DNA of 64,000 nt, from contig CAXXWC010000001.1 of the NCBI GenBank assembly GCA_963668645.2, positions 192,001 through 256,000 of the forward strand. The letters run 5' to 3'. A program made the translations under genes and the position numbers. The stretch's first letter is position 1. Every line of letters starts with the position of its first letter. Shown here piece by piece: positions 61,474 to 64,000 of the stretch. This stretch comes from Desulfobacterales bacterium. Lineage in GTDB: Bacteria; Desulfobacterota; Desulfobacteria; Desulfobacterales; UBA2174. The notes beneath the pieces were generated by a model. That model worked only from the letters and a program-made list of their open reading frames with translations, searched no databases and was not told the DNA's origin.

Positions 61474-61737
61474 CCGCCTGATGAAGATCCCGGCCCTCCG
61501 GCGGTCCCAGGAACCCCGGTGGATCAAGGCCGGCACCGCCACTGCAACGGCGGCGGGACACCCGCTGGCAACGGCCGCCGCTGCCGGCCGAAGTCAGCAT
61601 GGCTTCGATTTTGGAAACCCGGGTTGACAAAAATCTTGACAAAGTCAAACCTGAAGCAGAATTTAAACCGCACCTTAAAAAGCCTGTACCGCTCGACCAA
61701 CGACAACCCCTGAACAGATAACTGCGGATCCTCCAAC

Positions 61738-63000
61738 GTGACCGAATCGCCCGTTTCCTCCACTATCTGCGTAAAAGCGCCTGTTCGCTCCGACCGGTAT
61801 CGCGATTGGCTGGTCCTGTTGGCTTGCTTCGGGCTCACCCTCACTCTGGGAGAGACCTTTTGGAGTTTCGGTGTATTTTTCAAGCCGCTGCAGCAGACCT
61901 TCGGCTGGACCCGGGCCGCAGTCTCATCCATCTTCACCTCCTTTTTGCTCGGATATGCCATATCGGTAATCACGAGCGGGCGGCTCGTTGATCGCTACAA
62001 CCCGAAGCCCGTGCTTTTGGGCAGTGCCCTGCTGATCGTCTCAGGTCTCTGCGGCAGCAGCCTGGGCACTGCTGCCAACCATTTCCGGATCTGCCTGTTT
62101 TTTGTAGGTCTGGGATCGGGGGCGACCTGGTCTGTTCCCAACACCGTTGTTCAACGTTGGTTCCACGGCAAGAAAGAGGCCGGAATGGCCCTGGGCATCG
62201 TCACCTCCGGGGTGGGCGTGGGTGCGCTTGTCTTTGCCCCGCTGATCAATTTCCTGATTCAACACTACGGGTGGCGAACGACTTTTCTCATCCTGGGGAT
62301 CCTTTTCGGAGCCATCGTCGGTTTGGCCACCCTCGTTCTCAGATCCGTCACCGGCCCTATGGCCGCCCGGCCCGCGCACCTTGCCGGCGCCAATCCGCCC
62401 GCCCCGGACCTGCAAGTCCCGGAACAGCCTCGATGGTATGCGTCGTGGTCCTTAATTGCCATCATGTTCGTGGTCGTGGCCGGCATCTTCACATTCCAGA
62501 TCCTTTCCACCCACCTGGTTGCGCATGCCACCGACCTGGGCATTTCACCGGTCGCAGCCGCCGCGGCCCTCGGCCTCATGGGCGGATTTTCCATTTTCGG
62601 AAGGTTGCTGTCAGGGTTCTTTTCCGCCCGGCTGGGATGGCACCGCCTCATGTCGCTGGCCTGCTTCGGGACGGCTGCGTCCATGGCCTGCCTCTGGGTG
62701 CTGAAGGATATCTGGATGCTCTTTTTTTTCGCTTTCTCCTATGGGATATTCCACGGCGCACGGGTTTCGGCCCAGATCGGTGTGATTCCCGAAATCTTCG
62801 GCATGAAATCTCTGGGGGTGATAATCGGCATCACCACGGCCGTAGGCCAACTGATCGGCGCCCTGGCACCCTATGTCGCAGGGGCGCTTTTCGACGCCAC
62901 AGGCAGCTATTCTCTTGTTTTCGTCTCGATTGTCCCCATCCTGGCGATCGCCGGGGTGGTGGCAGGGATGCTCAAGCCGATGGTCGCCCAACCGGCCTGA
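61738..63000 (+). CDS. MFS transporter (monocarboxylate/OFA-like)
   Basis: SFGVFFKPL, FGWTRA, motif A GRLVDRYNPK, RWFH...GMALG, GALFDATGSY. Confidence 0.92.
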   Translation: MTESPVSSTICVKAPVRSDRYRDWLVLLACFGLTLTLGETFWSFGVFFKPLQQTFGWTRAAVSSIFTSFLLGYAISVITSGRLVDRYNPKPVLLGSALLIVSGLCGSSLGTAANHFRICLFFVGLGSGATWSVPNTVVQRWFHGKKEAGMALGIVTSGVGVGALVFAPLINFLIQHYGWRTTFLILGILFGAIVGLATLVLRSVTGPMAARPAHLAGANPPAPDLQVPEQPRWYASWSLIAIMFVVVAGIFTFQILSTHLVAHATDLGISPVAAAAALGLMGGFSIFGRLLSGFFSARLGWHRLMSLACFGTAASMACLWVLKDIWMLFFFAFSYGIFHGARVSAQIGVIPEIFGMKSLGVIIGITTAVGQLIGALAPYVAGALFDATGSYSLVFVSIVPILAIAGVVAGMLKPMVAQPA

Positions 63001-63162
63001 CGGTCTGGCGGGTTTGAAGCGAGCCTTTCAGTTTCTGCGTGATGCCGATCAGGAAGGACTTGGCATTGGCAGGCGAGCCCCTTTCGACATGGGAGGCTCA
63101 CCGGCCAAAGGTTGGAGGTTGGAGGAGGTCAAGGTGTTACAGGTCATCGACCCTGCCAGCCA

Positions 63163-64000
63163 TCAGACCGCATCAGGCTGGGTCAGGCCGCGCATCCTTC
63201 CGGCTGCCGCGTCGGCAATTAGCGCCTCATCGGTCTCCAGGGCTTCGAAATAGGCCGCCTTGACTTGCTCGTCCGGGGCATGCTCGGTCAGCAGGCTGAC
63301 CACCACCATAACGACCAGGCACGACAGATATGCGGGTATGGCCTCCATCACCCAGGGATTGCCGGCCAGATACCACACCACATTCACCACGGCGCCGGTG
63401 ATCATCCCGGCCACAATGCCCTTACGGGTAGCGCCCTTCCAGAACATCAGGGCAAAGAAGGGAAACAGGGTCGCAGCCCCGCAGGTTTTGACGATCATCA
63501 GATACATGGGGATAATGCCCTTGCCGTAAAGAGCGATCACCAGGGCCACCAGGGACATGAACACCACGCTGATGCGGGCGATCTTGAGCATCTTTTCCGC
63601 CGAGGCCTCCGGGTTGAAGTACTGCTGGTAGATATCCCGGGTAATACTGGCCGACCCCATCATGATGAAAGAATCACCGCCGGACATGAGGGCCGCGGCC
63701 AGGCCCATGGCGATCAGCCCGCCGATCAGCGGATGGAAAGTGGTCGAAATCGCTGTGGTGAAGACCATGTCCGGGGCCGTCTCCAGGGGCAGGTAGCCGC
63801 GGGCCATGATCCCGATCAAGAACGAAAAAGAACTGGCAAGAATCGCAACGGCGAACCCGAAGGTAAGGCCCCGGACCGCGACGCTTTCACTTTTTGCCGC
63901 ATACACGCGCTGCCAGGTGCACTGCCATACCATGTAAAAGCTGCCCACGGTCAGCGCCAGGGTGATGAACTTGGAAAAAGATTGCCCCCCCAGGGGATGC
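63163..64000 (-). CDS. Sodium:solute symporter, 5' part outside window
   Basis: QCTWQRVYAAKS, AAALMSGGDS, RDIYQ, FWKGATRKG; frame stays open to window edge. Confidence 0.9.
   Translation of the reverse strand, partial: HPLGGQSFSKFITLALTVGSFYMVWQCTWQRVYAAKSESVAVRGLTFGFAVAILASSFSFLIGIMARGYLPLETAPDMVFTTAISTTFHPLIGGLIAMGLAAALMSGGDSFIMMGSASITRDIYQQYFNPEASAEKMLKIARISVVFMSLVALVIALYGKGIIPMYLMIVKTCGAATLFPFFALMFWKGATRKGIVAGMITGAVVNVVWYLAGNPWVMEAIPAYLSCLVVMVVVSLLTEHAPDEQVKAAYFEALETDEALIADAAAGRMRGLTQPDAV

Noticed and set aside
60877..64000. Island integrated at tRNA-Ala
   Set aside because: No integrase or duplicated tRNA-Ala 3' end within the window.
1..64000. CRISPR array, prophage or rRNA
   Set aside because: No regularly spaced repeats, cas, phage or rRNA signatures were seen.

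Overview
GC-rich bacterial DNA whose gene content (qrcABCD, dld/lld lactate oxidation genes, two cbiK paralogs, sigma-54 activator style) points to a sulfate-reducing Desulfobacterota, probably Desulfobacterales-like (inference). About 1-14.4 kb is accessory. A divergent sigma-54 activator faces a consensus -24/-12 promoter driving a small unknown protein, an RND adaptor and an RND permease fused to a TolC-like domain. That fusion gene has a 1-bp frameshift and is split by a 1,922-bp ISAs1-family element with a 10-bp target duplication, a DUF4338 domain and an A-AAA-AAG slippery site. Next come an orphan tRNA 3' end, a CBS protein, two mobile-element remnants and two secreted proteins with dockerin-like tails. 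About 14.5-64 kb is mostly core: argS-SPOR-gatC-gatA-small ORF-mutL; a Co/Ni ECF operon with cytoplasmic cbiK; a cobalamin-riboswitch operon; fumarase plus lactate dehydrogenase genes with a lactate-permease deletion scar; murA, comEC; resB-ccsA-qrcABCD plus an uncalled 52-aa membrane ORF; M16 peptidase, UvrD-like helicase, pit-DUF47, ppiD, tRNA-Ala(GGC), an MFS transporter and a partial Na+:solute symporter. All calls come from reading motifs by eye; no searches were run.
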